DNA from: Blastocatellia bacterium
GTDB lineage: Bacteria > Acidobacteriota > Blastocatellia > UBA7656
Direction: 5' to 3'
Length of the DNA stretch: 64,000 nt
NCBI GenBank assembly: GCA_963832205.1
Contig: CAWHTK010000009.1
Coordinates: 13,056-77,055 of the forward strand
Shown here piece by piece: positions 20,164 to 29,787 of the stretch (position 1 is the stretch's first letter; each line of letters starts with the position of its first letter). The notes under the pieces are model-generated. The model had not been told where the DNA came from. It did no database searches and saw only the letters and a program-made list of their open reading frames with translations. The translations under genes and the position numbers were made by a program.

Positions 20164-20428
20164 CAGCTTCCTTAAACAACCGGGCAATGAGAGAAAAAGT
20201 ATGCGGCGGGCATATGGAACATACTGCCTGGTGCAAACTGCATACTCTTCCCGCTCGGTGCTCAGTCCTATATAAAATGCACCTGGCTCCGATGTGAAGA
20301 AGCCAGGTGCCGTAATTTGAGAGCCAGCTTCGCGCGGCGTATCGCGCTCAACTCACGAAGAGGACCGGTCAAGGGCCCCAGAATCGGCTCCCGGAGCCTG
20401 TTTTGCGCTCGGCTGGCTGCTCGCCGTG

Positions 20429-21022
20429 TTAAATAAACATCTCTTCGTCCTGGTACGCCTGATCTATCTGCTTGCGCTCGCGCCGGAACAGCGCGTCGAT
20501 CGTCCGCTTGAGTCCGGCAAGCAAGGCTGACACCTCGCGCATGGGCTGTATGACCGTCGACTGCACCTCGACGGTCGTATCTTCGATGCGCCCCTGCGTG
20601 CGGGTAAGCAACCCGTCAAGCTCTGCGATCTGTCGCTGCAAGGTCGAGGTAGTCATCTCGATGGTCCCGGAAATCTGCTCCGCCTGATGGCGCGCAAGCT
20701 GCGCTATCTCCTGCGAAGATGTCGAAACGGCGGCCGCAATCGCCCGGGTCTCTACAGTCACCCTATCGAAAGTCTCGCGGGCCTGAGCGCTGATCGTCTC
20801 TACGGTCCCGCTGACTTTGGTAACCGTGCCGCGCACCTGCTCGATGAGCGGGCCGACCTTTTCGATGACGGGATTGGCCTTCGCCTGAAGGTCTGCCGCC
20901 ACGCGAGTCAGTTTTTTGACGGCGAGGTAGATCCCGACGAACATCGCCATCTGAATTATAAAGCTCAGGGTGATGACTATGGCCGCAATCGCGACAATTA
21001 TATAGAAGGTCTGTTGATCCAA
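20429..21022 (-). CDS. membrane-anchored coiled-coil protein (DUF948-like)
   Basis: TTG start 6 nt after AAGGAGG. One N-terminal TM (FYIIVAIAAIVITLSFIIQMAMFVGIYLAV), then repetitive helical T/Q/E-rich segments. Confidence 0.6.
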   Translation of the reverse strand: MDQQTFYIIVAIAAIVITLSFIIQMAMFVGIYLAVKKLTRVAADLQAKANPVIEKVGPLIEQVRGTVTKVSGTVETISAQARETFDRVTVETRAIAAAVSTSSQEIAQLARHQAEQISGTIEMTTSTLQRQIAELDGLLTRTQGRIEDTTVEVQSTVIQPMREVSALLAGLKRTIDALFRRERKQIDQAYQDEEMFI

Positions 21023-21197
21023 GAGCCCTCCTTGCTATGTTAAGGAAGCATTGCTCACAAGTCCTGGCCGCACGCCCGGCCCGCCATCACCTCATGCTCA
21101 AACATCTTTTGCCTGGATTGCCGGCCGCGACAACCCGGGTTGTACGAATACGTCCCGGCAAAACCGCTTTGATGGCCGGCCTCGTTCGGCCGTGGCT

Positions 21198-21572
21198 TTA
21201 AGCCTCTTCGCCCTCGATAATCGCGCCCGGCGCTTCGCCCGCTTTGCGCTTCTCTTCGCGGTAGGCCTGCTTGCCAGCCTCAATCGCCCTGGCAATCTGC
21301 TCTTTCTGACGGTTCGCGATGTCGGAGACTGCGCCCGCGCCCGACGACACCCTCTCACGAGCCACGCCATAAACATCGGTCGCCTTTGACCCGATAGTGC
21401 GCGCGCCCTCGCCCGCGTAATCAACCCCACGGCGCGTGTAATCGGCTATCTCGCCGCGAAGCTCGCGGCCGGACTTCGGGGCGAACAATAAAGCGAGAGT
21501 GGCTCCGATGCCCGCGCCTATCAATAAGAAGGTGAGTTTCTCGGCCGATGATCCCCCGTCGTTTTCTGCCAT
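21198..21572 (-). CDS. YtxH domain protein
   Basis: ATG at 21572 after AGGAGAATAAAA. LTFLLIGAGIGATLALLFAPKSGRELRGEIAD is the YtxH signature. Confidence 0.75.
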   Translation of the reverse strand: MAENDGGSSAEKLTFLLIGAGIGATLALLFAPKSGRELRGEIADYTRRGVDYAGEGARTIGSKATDVYGVARERVSSGAGAVSDIANRQKEQIARAIEAGKQAYREEKRKAGEAPGAIIEGEEA

Positions 21573-21636
21573 TTTTATTCTCCTGTAAGAAAGTTTAGAA
21601 CTACTTACTCGCATCCGGCTAATTCGGCGACACTCC

Positions 21637-21666
21637 AATATATCACTAGGATTTAAGCCTATTCAA
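21637..21666 (-). promoter_or_regulatory. sigma-70-like promoter for the ytxH-like operon
   Basis: Minus strand: TTGAAT (complement 21661-21666), 18-nt spacer, TATATT (complement 21637-21642). Confidence 0.35.
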
Positions 21667-21694
21667 GATGAGCGCAGTCGTCGCTGCGGCTTGC

Positions 21695-21724
21695 TTGACA
21701 ATAAGCGCGCGCGGCGGCTATTTT
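21695..21724 (+). promoter_or_regulatory. sigma-70-like promoter for the TPR/YfgM-like gene
   Basis: TTGACA (21695-21700), 18-nt spacer, TATTTT (21719-21724). Divergent from the previous promoter. Confidence 0.35.
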
Positions 21725-21794
21725 TTCTTTTGCTCTACATATCGGCGCAGGCATCCTTCATGCCCTGCGCTCATCCCTTAGGAGGCAGATAGCA

Positions 21795-22595
21795 TTGGCA
21801 AAATCAGGCAGGAAGAAGAACCGGATTCCAATAAAGACCATGAGGCATAAGAATGACCCCATGGTGCGGTTCTATGATAAGACGCAGGAATGGCTTCAAG
21901 AAAAGGGCCGTCCGTTTATGATGGTCCTGGGCGTTATAGTCGGCGCGGTCGTGCTGTACGCCGCCTGGCATTACTTCAGCGAGTACCGGGAATCAAAGGC
22001 GAAGGCGGCTTTCGCTGAAGCCTTCGATAAATACAGCGCGACGGTGCAAGACGCGTCGGCCCCCCTGACTTCGGGCACGCCGACCAGCGTTATAGCCAAC
22101 GCCCGGACCTACCCGGACGAACAGACAAAGTGGACGGAGACGGCGGAAGCCTTCGAGCGACTGGCCAATGACTATTCGGGCTACTATGGCACGATAGGGC
22201 TTTACTACGCGGGGGCATCCTACCTGCGACTGGACCCCGAGAAGGGCATAGGGCTGCTCCGCAAGGCGGCCGACGAAAACGACCAGCCCACGTCGAGTCT
22301 CGCGCAACTGGCGCTGGCCGAGCACTACCTTTCGACCGGAGATACGGAGCAGGCCATAGGCCTCTACCAGCAACTGGCCGGCGCCGACATCAACCTCAAG
22401 CCGGCGGTGCAGTACGGGCTCGGCCGCGCTTACGAAAAGAGCGGTAACACGGAAAAGGCCGTGGAAGCCTATATGGAGTCGATGCGCGCCGAACGATCTT
22501 CCGAAGCGGGACGCCAGGCCGAAAGGCGCGTCTCGGTACTCGCGCCCGACCGGCTGAAGGAGTTGCCGCCGGCCGAAACCCCGTTCGTCCCCTAA
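21795..22595 (+). CDS. TPR protein with N-terminal membrane anchor (YfgM-like)
   Basis: TTG start 9 nt after AGGAGG. One TM (FMMVLGVIVGAVVLYAAWHYF) followed by TPR-like repeats (LALAEHYLSTGDTEQAIGLYQQL, GLGRAYEKSGNTEKAVEAY). Confidence 0.7.
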   Translation: MAKSGRKKNRIPIKTMRHKNDPMVRFYDKTQEWLQEKGRPFMMVLGVIVGAVVLYAAWHYFSEYRESKAKAAFAEAFDKYSATVQDASAPLTSGTPTSVIANARTYPDEQTKWTETAEAFERLANDYSGYYGTIGLYYAGASYLRLDPEKGIGLLRKAADENDQPTSSLAQLALAEHYLSTGDTEQAIGLYQQLAGADINLKPAVQYGLGRAYEKSGNTEKAVEAYMESMRAERSSEAGRQAERRVSVLAPDRLKELPPAETPFVP

Positions 22596-22608
22596 AGCAA
22601 AGGCCCGT

Positions 22609-22650
22609 GGTCAGGGAATCTAATACGGCAAATCTCAGATTCCCTGACCC
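22609..22650. repeat. 13-bp perfect hairpin with GGTCAGG...ATCT arms (family-B-type arms, different core); possible terminator of the TPR gene
   Basis: GGTCAGGGAATCT (22609-22621) / AGATTCCCTGACC (22638-22650). Starts 14 nt after the stop at 22595. Followed by a second CCTGACC heptad. No U-tract. Confidence 0.7.
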
Positions 22651-22680
22651 TGACCTCCGGCCGCTGACTCCTTACCCCTG

Positions 22681-23818
22681 ATGGAGAATCTCGCCCATAC
22701 GCTGCTCGGACTCACGCTTGCCAAAGCGGGCCTTGAGCGGGCCACCCCGCTTGCGACGACCGCGCTTGTAATATCGTCTAACCTCCCCGACATCGACGTC
22801 ATCACCGGGGCGGGCGGCACTATCAATTACCTCAACCATCACCGGGGATTCACGCACTCGATAGTGGGGCTCGCGCTGCTCGCGCTCTTGCTCACGCTGC
22901 TGCTTTTGTGGATGGACCGCAAATTCCGCTTGAGGCGAGACCCGTTTCGCCGGCCGCTCAGACCGCTGATGATTTTTGCCGTCTCATACCTGGGCGGGCT
23001 CGGCCATATCTTGATGGACTTCACGAACAACTACGGCGTGCGCCCGCTGATCCCGTTTAGCGACCGGTGGTTCTACGGCGATATAGTATTCGTGGTGGAT
23101 CCGTGGATATGGCTGATACTCGGCTCTGCCGCCGTGTGGCTGACGACGATAGACCCGGAGCGGGCGGCGCCGCTCCCGAGGCTCTTTACAGTCGTTGCGG
23201 CTGATCTTCTGGATAGTCGCCGGATTGGGGACGGCGCTCCTTATCGCGTTTGCGTTGCGCGAGCCGGCGGGCGGGCTCGCGCCGGTCCCTACGCTTGCGC
23301 GCCTCGCGTGGTTCGCCGGCTTCATCATCATCCTCGCCGGTGTGGCGACCCGATGGGGGCGCGCGGGCGCGCGGCTTGCCCGTTACTCGCTGGCTATTCT
23401 ATTCCTTTATTATGTCGGGATGTGGATGACTCACGAATCGGCCCTCAGACACGCGCGGGATTCAGTGCCGGTCGAAGGCGCGACCTCCGTCTCTGCATGG
23501 CCGACGCCGGCAAATCCACTGCTCTGGAGCGCGGTGGCTACGACGGACCAGAAGGCTTACACCCGCCTTGTGCGACTGACAAATGACGCGCCAGAGTGGC
23601 GCGAGCTGCCGCTTATTGAGCCGCACCTGCTCGACGCGCTCAGGCGGGCAGAGTATACGCGGGACTTTTTGAGTTTCTTGCGCTACGGCACGGCTAATGT
23701 CGAGGAGCGCGCCGGCGGCTACACGGTCACGCTCAGGGATTTGAGATTCAACCTCTCGCTGCGCGCGGTGCTCGACGGCGAGTTGAACGTCGTCTCCGCC
23801 GAAGCCCGGTGGAATTGA
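22681..23818 (+). pseudogene. membrane-bound metal-dependent hydrolase (YdjM/DUF457 family); one frameshift as sequenced
   Basis: MENLAHTLLGL..., PDIDV, and HRGFTHS in ORF 22681..23586. The hydrophobic continuation and C-terminal domain (SAWPTPANPLLWSAV...) lie in ORF 23195..23818. The second frame opens only after the stop at 23150-23152, so the shift is between 23153 and 23195. Confidence 0.7.
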
Positions 23819-24540
23819 AAGACTAGGCGGTTTCGGCGGGCAGATTGTTCAACTGCTTTTATGACCCGCTCGATAAACTGCAGGTAATCGGCGAACGTCT
23901 GGTTCGCTTCGCTTTCCAGCCACATCTCACTCTCGCCCGAATGCGACTCTATGCGCGCGATGACTCGCTTATCGAGCCCGAGCGTGTCGACCAGCTTAGC
24001 CACGCACTCGTGTTTTTCGAAGGGGGCGGCGCTTCCGACCATCGTCAATACGTGGCGGAACAGGACGGCGAAGCTGTCGAGCGAATCGCTCATCAACTGC
24101 GCGAGGCGCACCGGGCTGTGCGAGGCCGGGACGTAGAGCCTGCGCAGTCGCAGCAGCTTGCCCCTCAGCTCATACTCCACCTGGTGGCGGAGGTTTCTGG
24201 TGGGCACGGTCAACCCCTCGAACGGGTCGCCGCCGTAAAGCACCTGGCGCACCTGACTCATGTCGAGGAACTCTACGGGGAAGACATCGGACGATTCCTT
24301 TATCTCCTCGGCCGTAAAATAGACCGGCAGCGGGTTGCCCTCCATTTGCCACCACCCGGCGATCTCGTGTTCCGTTCGCAGCTCGTGGGGCGTCATCTTC
24401 TCAAGCACGACGAGCACCTTTTTAGGATAATCGTCGATGTCGTCGCCCACCGACCCGTAACCGTAGAAGACGACCGACAGCAGATTCTCGCCGTGGGCTA
24501 CCTTTAGTTTCTCAACAAGCTCGCTCAATTCGTCAGCCAA
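23719..24540 (-). CDS. hypothetical protein, degenerate nucleotidyltransferase-like N-terminus
   Basis: 273-aa ORF (VVFYGYGSVGDDIDDYPKKVLVVL...). The 3' end is suspicious because it overlaps the convergent hydrolase by 100 nt. A +1 frame would stop at complement 23823-23825 (...LPAETA*). Confidence 0.55.
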   Translation of the reverse strand: MADELSELVEKLKVAHGENLLSVVFYGYGSVGDDIDDYPKKVLVVLEKMTPHELRTEHEIAGWWQMEGNPLPVYFTAEEIKESSDVFPVEFLDMSQVRQVLYGGDPFEGLTVPTRNLRHQVEYELRGKLLRLRRLYVPASHSPVRLAQLMSDSLDSFAVLFRHVLTMVGSAAPFEKHECVAKLVDTLGLDKRVIARIESHSGESEMWLESEANQTFADYLQFIERVIKAVEQSARRNRLVFQFHRASAETTFNSPSSTARSERLNLKSLSVTV

Positions 24541-24561
24541 GTCACCCTCTCCTTTTTTGGT

Positions 24562-25439
24562 TTACCAGCTATCGCTTGCGCCGCCGCCGCCGAAATCACC
24601 GCCGCCGCCAAAGCCGCCGAAATCGCCGCCGCCCCCGCCGCCGCCCCAGGATGAGCCACCAGAGCCGCCGTCCGCCGCCGCCCCAGTTGCGACCCGATCC
24701 TAAGATGATCGCCGGAAGTATCCAGTCCATCCCGCTTCCGCGCCGTCGCCGCCCCCCGCCGCCGCCGCCGCCGCGCCCGCCGAGCGATCCGAATATCGTC
24801 AGCACGACGAATATCAAAATGATTATCGCGATTGGCGATATGCCTCTGCCGCGCGAGGCCCGCCGCGCGGGCTCGCGGTAAGCCTTCGTCTGGTCGATGC
24901 CTTCCATCGAAACGCCGAGCTTTGCGGCGAGCGTCGCCATAATCGTCTGCGCGCCGTTAGTGGCCGCCTGATCGAAGCGGCCCGCCCTCATATCCTCGCG
25001 CAGCCTGCGAATGATTTCGCCCGCGAGCCCGTCGGGTATTTCGCCTTCAAGGCGGCGGCTGACTTCGAGCCGCGTCTGCCCGCTGATAGACGCCTTGAGC
25101 GTCGGGAGGCTTGATGGCGATCAGCAGGAGCAGCGCGCGCTTTTGCGCGTCGCGGCCTACTTTCCACGCCCGGCCGAGGTACAGCGCGTACTCCTCGATC
25201 GGGTAGTCCTGCAACTGAGCGTGGTCCATAATGACGAAAGCGATCTCGACGCCGCTGCGGTCGCGAAAGTTTGTGAGCAGCGTGTCGATATTCTGCCGCG
25301 CGGCCGGGCTTAGCTTACCCGAATAATCGCTTATCATCCCCTGCGGGGCCGGAAAATCTTTCGGCTGCGCAACGGTTGAGCCGGCAAGAGCAGTCACGGC
25401 GACAAGCGTTAGGACGAACTTTATTAATACTTTTATCAT
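24562..25439 (-). pseudogene. TPM-domain (YgcG-like) protein with TM and Gly-rich tail; two frameshifts as sequenced
   Basis: ATG at 25439. Signal/anchor, then TPM motifs (ISDYSGKLS, GVEIAFVIMD, EEYALYLGRAWKVG, ALLLLIAI). The frame changes near 25092 (TLKASISGQTRLEVSRRLEGEIPDGLAGEII...) and near 24680. The true tail ...GGGGDFGGFGGGGDFGGGGASDSW stops at complement 24562-24564. Confidence 0.75.
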
Positions 25440-25654
25440 TGCAGTAAACCTCGCCGTGGCCCGTGAGAAAGTCCTCAAACCAGAGGACGCGAAAACTTCA
25501 GCCCCCGCCTGACGACGGCTCACGGCTCCGTCTGACGAGTAACATCGCCGTTTTTAATCATAGCTGATAGAAGCTAAAAAGAAAGCTATAGCGCGCGCGC
25601 TGTTCGTGCTTGACAAAAATAATGCGAGTCTTTAGGCTCGCATTGCCTCATACC

Positions 25655-28235
25655 ATGGGTCAAAGATTTAATCAGAATAGTGTTGCGAAACCGCACCTGA
25701 TAGGTGCGTCCGCGGCGTACGCAAATTTTCAGGTTTCTATCGAAGGCAACCGCTTCGTCATCGGCCGCGACCCCTCGCAGTGCGACCTGGTGCTGGAGCC
25801 GACGATTGTCTCGAAGGTCCATGCGGTGATCGAAATCGACGCCGCGGGGCGCGCCCTCGTCACCGACCTGCAATCGCGAAACGGCACCTTCGTAAACGGA
25901 GCGCCCGTCACCCGCGCCGAGATAAGAGACGGCGACACGGTGAGCTTCGGCCCCGGCGGTAACGTGGCTTTTACCTACCGCGCCGCGCCGGCCGTTACTC
26001 CTCCCGCGTCGCGCCCGTTCCCTCACCCCCCCGCCGCGCCCGAGCAGCGCGATTTTTATCCCGCCAATTGGCAGCCCTCGCACGCCCCGCCCATGGAGAA
26101 CTCATACTCGGCCGCAAGCGTCGTGATGCGCGCGGGCGAAAAGCCGATCATCAGAATCGGCCGCGCGCCCGACAACGACATAGTGCTCGACGCGCCGGGC
26201 GTATCGCGCTATCACGCGACGCTCACTTATACCGCGGCCGGGCAGCCCATAATCGCCGACCTCGGCAGCACAAACGGCACCTTCGTAAACGGCGAGCCGG
26301 TGCGCGAGCCGCGCCAGACCAGCGAGCGCGACCTCGTCTCGATAGCCGGCTTTCTCTTGCGCATAGAGGGGCGAAACATCAAGCGTCACGACCTCTCTTT
26401 GAGCGGCATAAGCGCATTGCGCATAACGAAGGTCATCGACAGTAAGACGATACTCCAGGACATATCGCTTGCGGTGGCGCCGCGCGAGTTCGTGGGGCTG
26501 ATGGGTTCTTCCGGGTGCGGCAAGTCGACCTTGATGGACGCGCTCAACGGGCTCAGGCCCGCGTCCTCGGGAATCGTGCTCGTTAACGAACTCGATCTTT
26601 ATCGCAACTTCGACGCGCTTCGACGCAGCATAGGGCACGTGCCGCAGCGCGACATCTTGCACGACGCGCTCACGGTCGAGCGCACCCTTTATTACGCGGG
26701 CAAGCTGCGGCTCCCGCAAGGCACGCCGCCCGAGCAGATACGATTCGTAGTCAACGAGGTCATACAGACCGTGGGGCTCGACGAGCAGCGCCACACGCAG
26801 TTTCGACAGCTTTCCGGCGGGCAGCAAAAACGTTTGAGCCTCGGCGTCGAGCTTATGACAAAGCCGAGCTTTATATTCCTGGACGAGCCGACCTCGCCGC
26901 TCGACCCCGAAACGACCGAGAACATGATGATGCTATTTCGCCAGCTCGCCGACGAGGGGCGCATCGTCATAATGGTCACGCACAAGTTCGAGAAGTTCGA
27001 CGAGATGCATCACGTGGCGATACTGACGAAGGGCGGGAGGCTTGCCTTCTTCGGGCCGCCGCGCGAATCGCTCAGCTATTTCGGCGTAAGGGAGCCTGCC
27101 GAAATCTATCGAATGCTGAGGCACCCGCGACCCCGACGAGTGGAGCCGCGCCTTTCAGGCGTCGGATCATTACGAGCGCTACGTCGGCGGGCGCATACAG
27201 GAAGCACAGGAGCTTGCGCGCAGCGCGCAGCGCGCGACGACTCCGTTCTACCAGCACACGGGCGAGCGGCGCTTCGGCTTCAGCCAGTGGATGACGCTCA
27301 CGCAGCGGTACGCCGAAGTAAAACTCAAAGACCTGCGCAACACCGCGCTGCTGCTGCTTCAGGCGCCGCTCATAGCGCTGCTCGTGGCGCTCATAATCGG
27401 CGGCGAGCCGAACGAGGTGAAGACAATATTTATAGCGGCGGTAATCTCGATATGGTTCGGCTCTAATAACGCCATCCGCGAGATCGTGTCCGAGGCCGCG
27501 ATATACAGGCGCGAGCGGCTCGTGAATCTCAAGATCCCCTCTTACGTCTTTTCGAAAATAACCGTGCTCGGAGCAATAGCATTCATACAGTGCCTGATGT
27601 TCGTAGGGATACTGGTTGCATTCGACCGTCTGCGCGGCGAAGATTTTCCGCTCCTCCTGATAATCATCTACCTGACCTCGCTCGGGGGGATAACCATGGG
27701 GCTCTTCTTTTCGGCGCTGGTCAAATCGACCGAGAAGGCGATGACCGTGTTGCCGCTGATACTGATTCCGCAACTGCTTTTGAGCGGGTTTTTCAAACCG
27801 GTCAACGACGTCTATGTGAAGAGCACTCAAAGCGGGATGAGGCCGGCGACCGTCGAAGAGTACCGCCGCTTCGAGGACATGAAGCGCCAGCCGTCAACGC
27901 AGCAACAGTCAGCCTCGGCCACCGCCGACATGTCGCCCGTTGTCAAATCGGGCGGGATGGGCGCGGCAAGCATAGCCAGCGTGCCTATTGCGGCCCGGTG
28001 GTCAATCGACGCGCTCGTGCACGCGGTCAGCATAAACGATGATAGAGCGCGCGAGCGGCTCGCCACTAACCTCTGGATAGCCGAATACCATAACGTATTC
28101 GACAAGCAGAGCGCGTCAACAATAGAGTCGTCCTACCGCCTGCGCGTCTTTATCGACCTCTTGATACTGAGCCTGTTTATCGCGCTCTTCCTGGCGCTCA
28201 CCATGTGGGCGTTGAAGCGAAAAGATGTTTTGTGA
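25655..28235 (+). pseudogene. ABC exporter with two N-terminal FHA domains (FHA-FHA-NBD-ABC2 permease); one frameshift as sequenced
   Basis: FHA 1 reads FVIGRDPSQCDLVL..VSKVHAVI......DLQSRNGTFVNG. FHA 2 reads IRIGRAPDNDIVLD.PGVSRYHATL......DLGSTNGTFVNG. Walker A GSSGCGKST, signature LSGGQQKR, Walker B FIFLDEPTSPLD. The frame changes near 27120 (...EIYRML / GTRDPDEWSRAFQASDHYERY...) into ORF 27291..28235, which encodes the six-TM ABC-2 domain. A TTGACA at 25610 suggests the listed TTG start is really a -35 box. Confidence 0.85.
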
Positions 28236-28237
28236 TT

Positions 28238-29005
28238 CTAGTGACCGAGCCCGAGGGCTTCCAGAAGGAGTTTCATACCGTAAAGAAGCGCCACCCCGGC
28301 AAAGACCAGCAGCGAAGTCTTCGCACCCCTCTCTCTCGTATTGACCTCCGGGATCAAGTCCGACGCGGCGACGTAAAGCGTGACGCCCGCCGATAGCGGC
28401 AGCAGGTGCGCCGAGAGGGTATCGGAATACTCGACCGCGCGACTGAATAGAATAACCAGGGCCACCCCGGCGAGCGTGGCCAGCCCGACAAAGAGGGCTG
28501 AAAGCATTGCCCGCCTGTGGCTGCGGCCTGAAGCCAGCATCATCGAAGCGACCGTGAAGCCTTCCGGCAGCTTGTGCAGAAGTATGGCTATGAATATCAA
28601 GACGCCGAGTTGCTGGTTGACCAGCGACGCCACGGCTATAGAGACGCCGTCAAAAAAAGTATGCACCATCAGCGCCGCCATGCCGGCCAGCGCCGCGTGG
28701 TTTGCGAGCATCGCTTCTTCGTGAGTCTCTTCCCCGAAATGAAAGTGCGGCGCGAGCGTGTGCTCTACGAATTGGATGAGCAGATAGCCGCCCAGCACCC
28801 ACAGCATAGGCGTCAGGGCCTCGCCCCGCCACTGGTGCTCTATCGTCTCGGGGATGATATTTATGAAGACCGCCGCGAGCATAAAACCCGCGCCCAGAGC
28901 GATCAGCGTCCTCAGCGCCGCCTCGCGAAGCCGGTGAACCGATACTAGAAAACCGCCCAGGAAATTGGCGGCGGCGGCCGTAAGCCCGTAAGCTATTATG
29001 ACCAA
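28238..29005 (-). CDS. ZIP-family divalent metal transporter
   Basis: Multi-TM protein with FHFGEETHEE loop, HTFFDGVSIAVA and HKLPEGFTVASMML motifs. TTG start. Confidence 0.8.
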   Translation of the reverse strand: MVIIAYGLTAAAANFLGGFLVSVHRLREAALRTLIALGAGFMLAAVFINIIPETIEHQWRGEALTPMLWVLGGYLLIQFVEHTLAPHFHFGEETHEEAMLANHAALAGMAALMVHTFFDGVSIAVASLVNQQLGVLIFIAILLHKLPEGFTVASMMLASGRSHRRAMLSALFVGLATLAGVALVILFSRAVEYSDTLSAHLLPLSAGVTLYVAASDLIPEVNTRERGAKTSLLVFAGVALLYGMKLLLEALGLGH

Positions 29006-29197
29006 TATGGGGTCTTACCCTCCATAACCCTCCCGGTTCTTATCCAAAGCCACGCAATATACCACAGTTGCCACGGCCGGAGGATTCTTTCTTTCCGCGC
29101 CCGCAAACTCTCCGCCCGCCCGCCTGAAGGAGTCCTTTAACGACCCCGCCGCGGCCCCCTGGAGGCCGCAAGCCCTTCACGCTTAAGAATTTCACGC

Positions 29198-29226
29198 TTG
29201 ACACCCCCGTCCATCTGACGTACCAT
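29198..29226 (+). promoter_or_regulatory. Pmra-type sigma-70 promoter of the dcw cluster
   Basis: TTGACA (29198-29203), exactly 17 nt, TACCAT (29221-29226). About 110 nt upstream of mraZ. Confidence 0.6.
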
Positions 29227-29234
29227 ACGCCGAC

Positions 29235-29265
29235 AGTGGTGGACCAAAGTGGACCGAAGTGGAGA
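29235..29265 (+). promoter_or_regulatory. MraZ operator: three direct GTGGA boxes in 10-bp phase
   Basis: cAGTGGTGGACCaaAGTGGACCgaAGTGGAGAC. GTGGA sits at 29239, 29249 and 29259, immediately downstream of the -10 box. Confidence 0.6.
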
Positions 29266-29336
29266 CGGATTTTGGAAGTTAATTTAACGGGGTCTGCTTA
29301 AGACTAAACTTTAACTCTTTTACTTCAACCGGTCGA

Positions 29337-29777
29337 ATGCTCAGAGGCAATTATACAGTCAGGATGGACGAGAAGGGGCGCATAAAGCTGCCCGCGGCAT
29401 ACCGCCGCTACATAGACGAGCACTACGGACCGGAGTTTTATGTAACGAGTTTGACGGGCGAGTGCGCGCGTCTATACCCGATGCAGGAGTGGCTGGCCAT
29501 CGAAGAGAAGCTCCAGACCAGGGGGACCATGGACGCGGCGGTGAGAAAGTTCCTGGACCGCACAAACTACTACGGCCAGCTCTCGGACATGGACACGCAA
29601 GGTCGGATACTGGTACACCCGCTCCTTCGCCAGAGCGCCGAGCTTATGGGCGAAGTGGCGGTGCTCGGCTACCTGCAATACCTCGAAGTGTGGGAGCTTG
29701 ATAAGTTCAAGGCGCGGCTGCAGGCCGAGCCCTACACGGCCGAAGACGCGGCCTCGCTTGCTACGCTCGGCGTATAG
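29337..29777 (+). CDS. mraZ: transcriptional regulator MraZ
   Basis: MLRGNYTVRMDEKGRIKLP and a second SpoVT/AbrB-like half (DMDTQGRILV). First gene of the dcw cluster. Confidence 0.9.
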   Translation: MLRGNYTVRMDEKGRIKLPAAYRRYIDEHYGPEFYVTSLTGECARLYPMQEWLAIEEKLQTRGTMDAAVRKFLDRTNYYGQLSDMDTQGRILVHPLLRQSAELMGEVAVLGYLQYLEVWELDKFKARLQAEPYTAEDAASLATLGV

Positions 29778-29787
29778 GCAAAAGCTC

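Noticed and set aside
17368-20175. 935-aa ORF on the + strand, the longest ORF in the window
   Set aside because: It is exactly antisense to ileS. Its product is Arg/Pro/Ala-rich low-complexity sequence with no motifs. Such open antisense frames are expected in GC-rich genes. The ileS frame carries all the conserved motifs.
20188-20428. T-box or attenuator leader upstream of ileS
   Set aside because: On the minus strand there is a good hairpin (GCACCTGGCTTC...GAGCCAGGTGC followed by ATTTTATATA). It could be the terminator of the upstream gene or an ileS attenuator. I could not find the T-box consensus (AANNNGGGTGGTACCGCG-like) or a specifier-loop arrangement, so no riboswitch call is made.
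24576-24881. 101-aa Pro/Arg-rich + strand ORF
   Set aside because: It is antisense to the Gly-rich C-terminal tail of the TPM-domain gene. GGC/GCC repeats read as Pro/Arg/Ala on the other strand.
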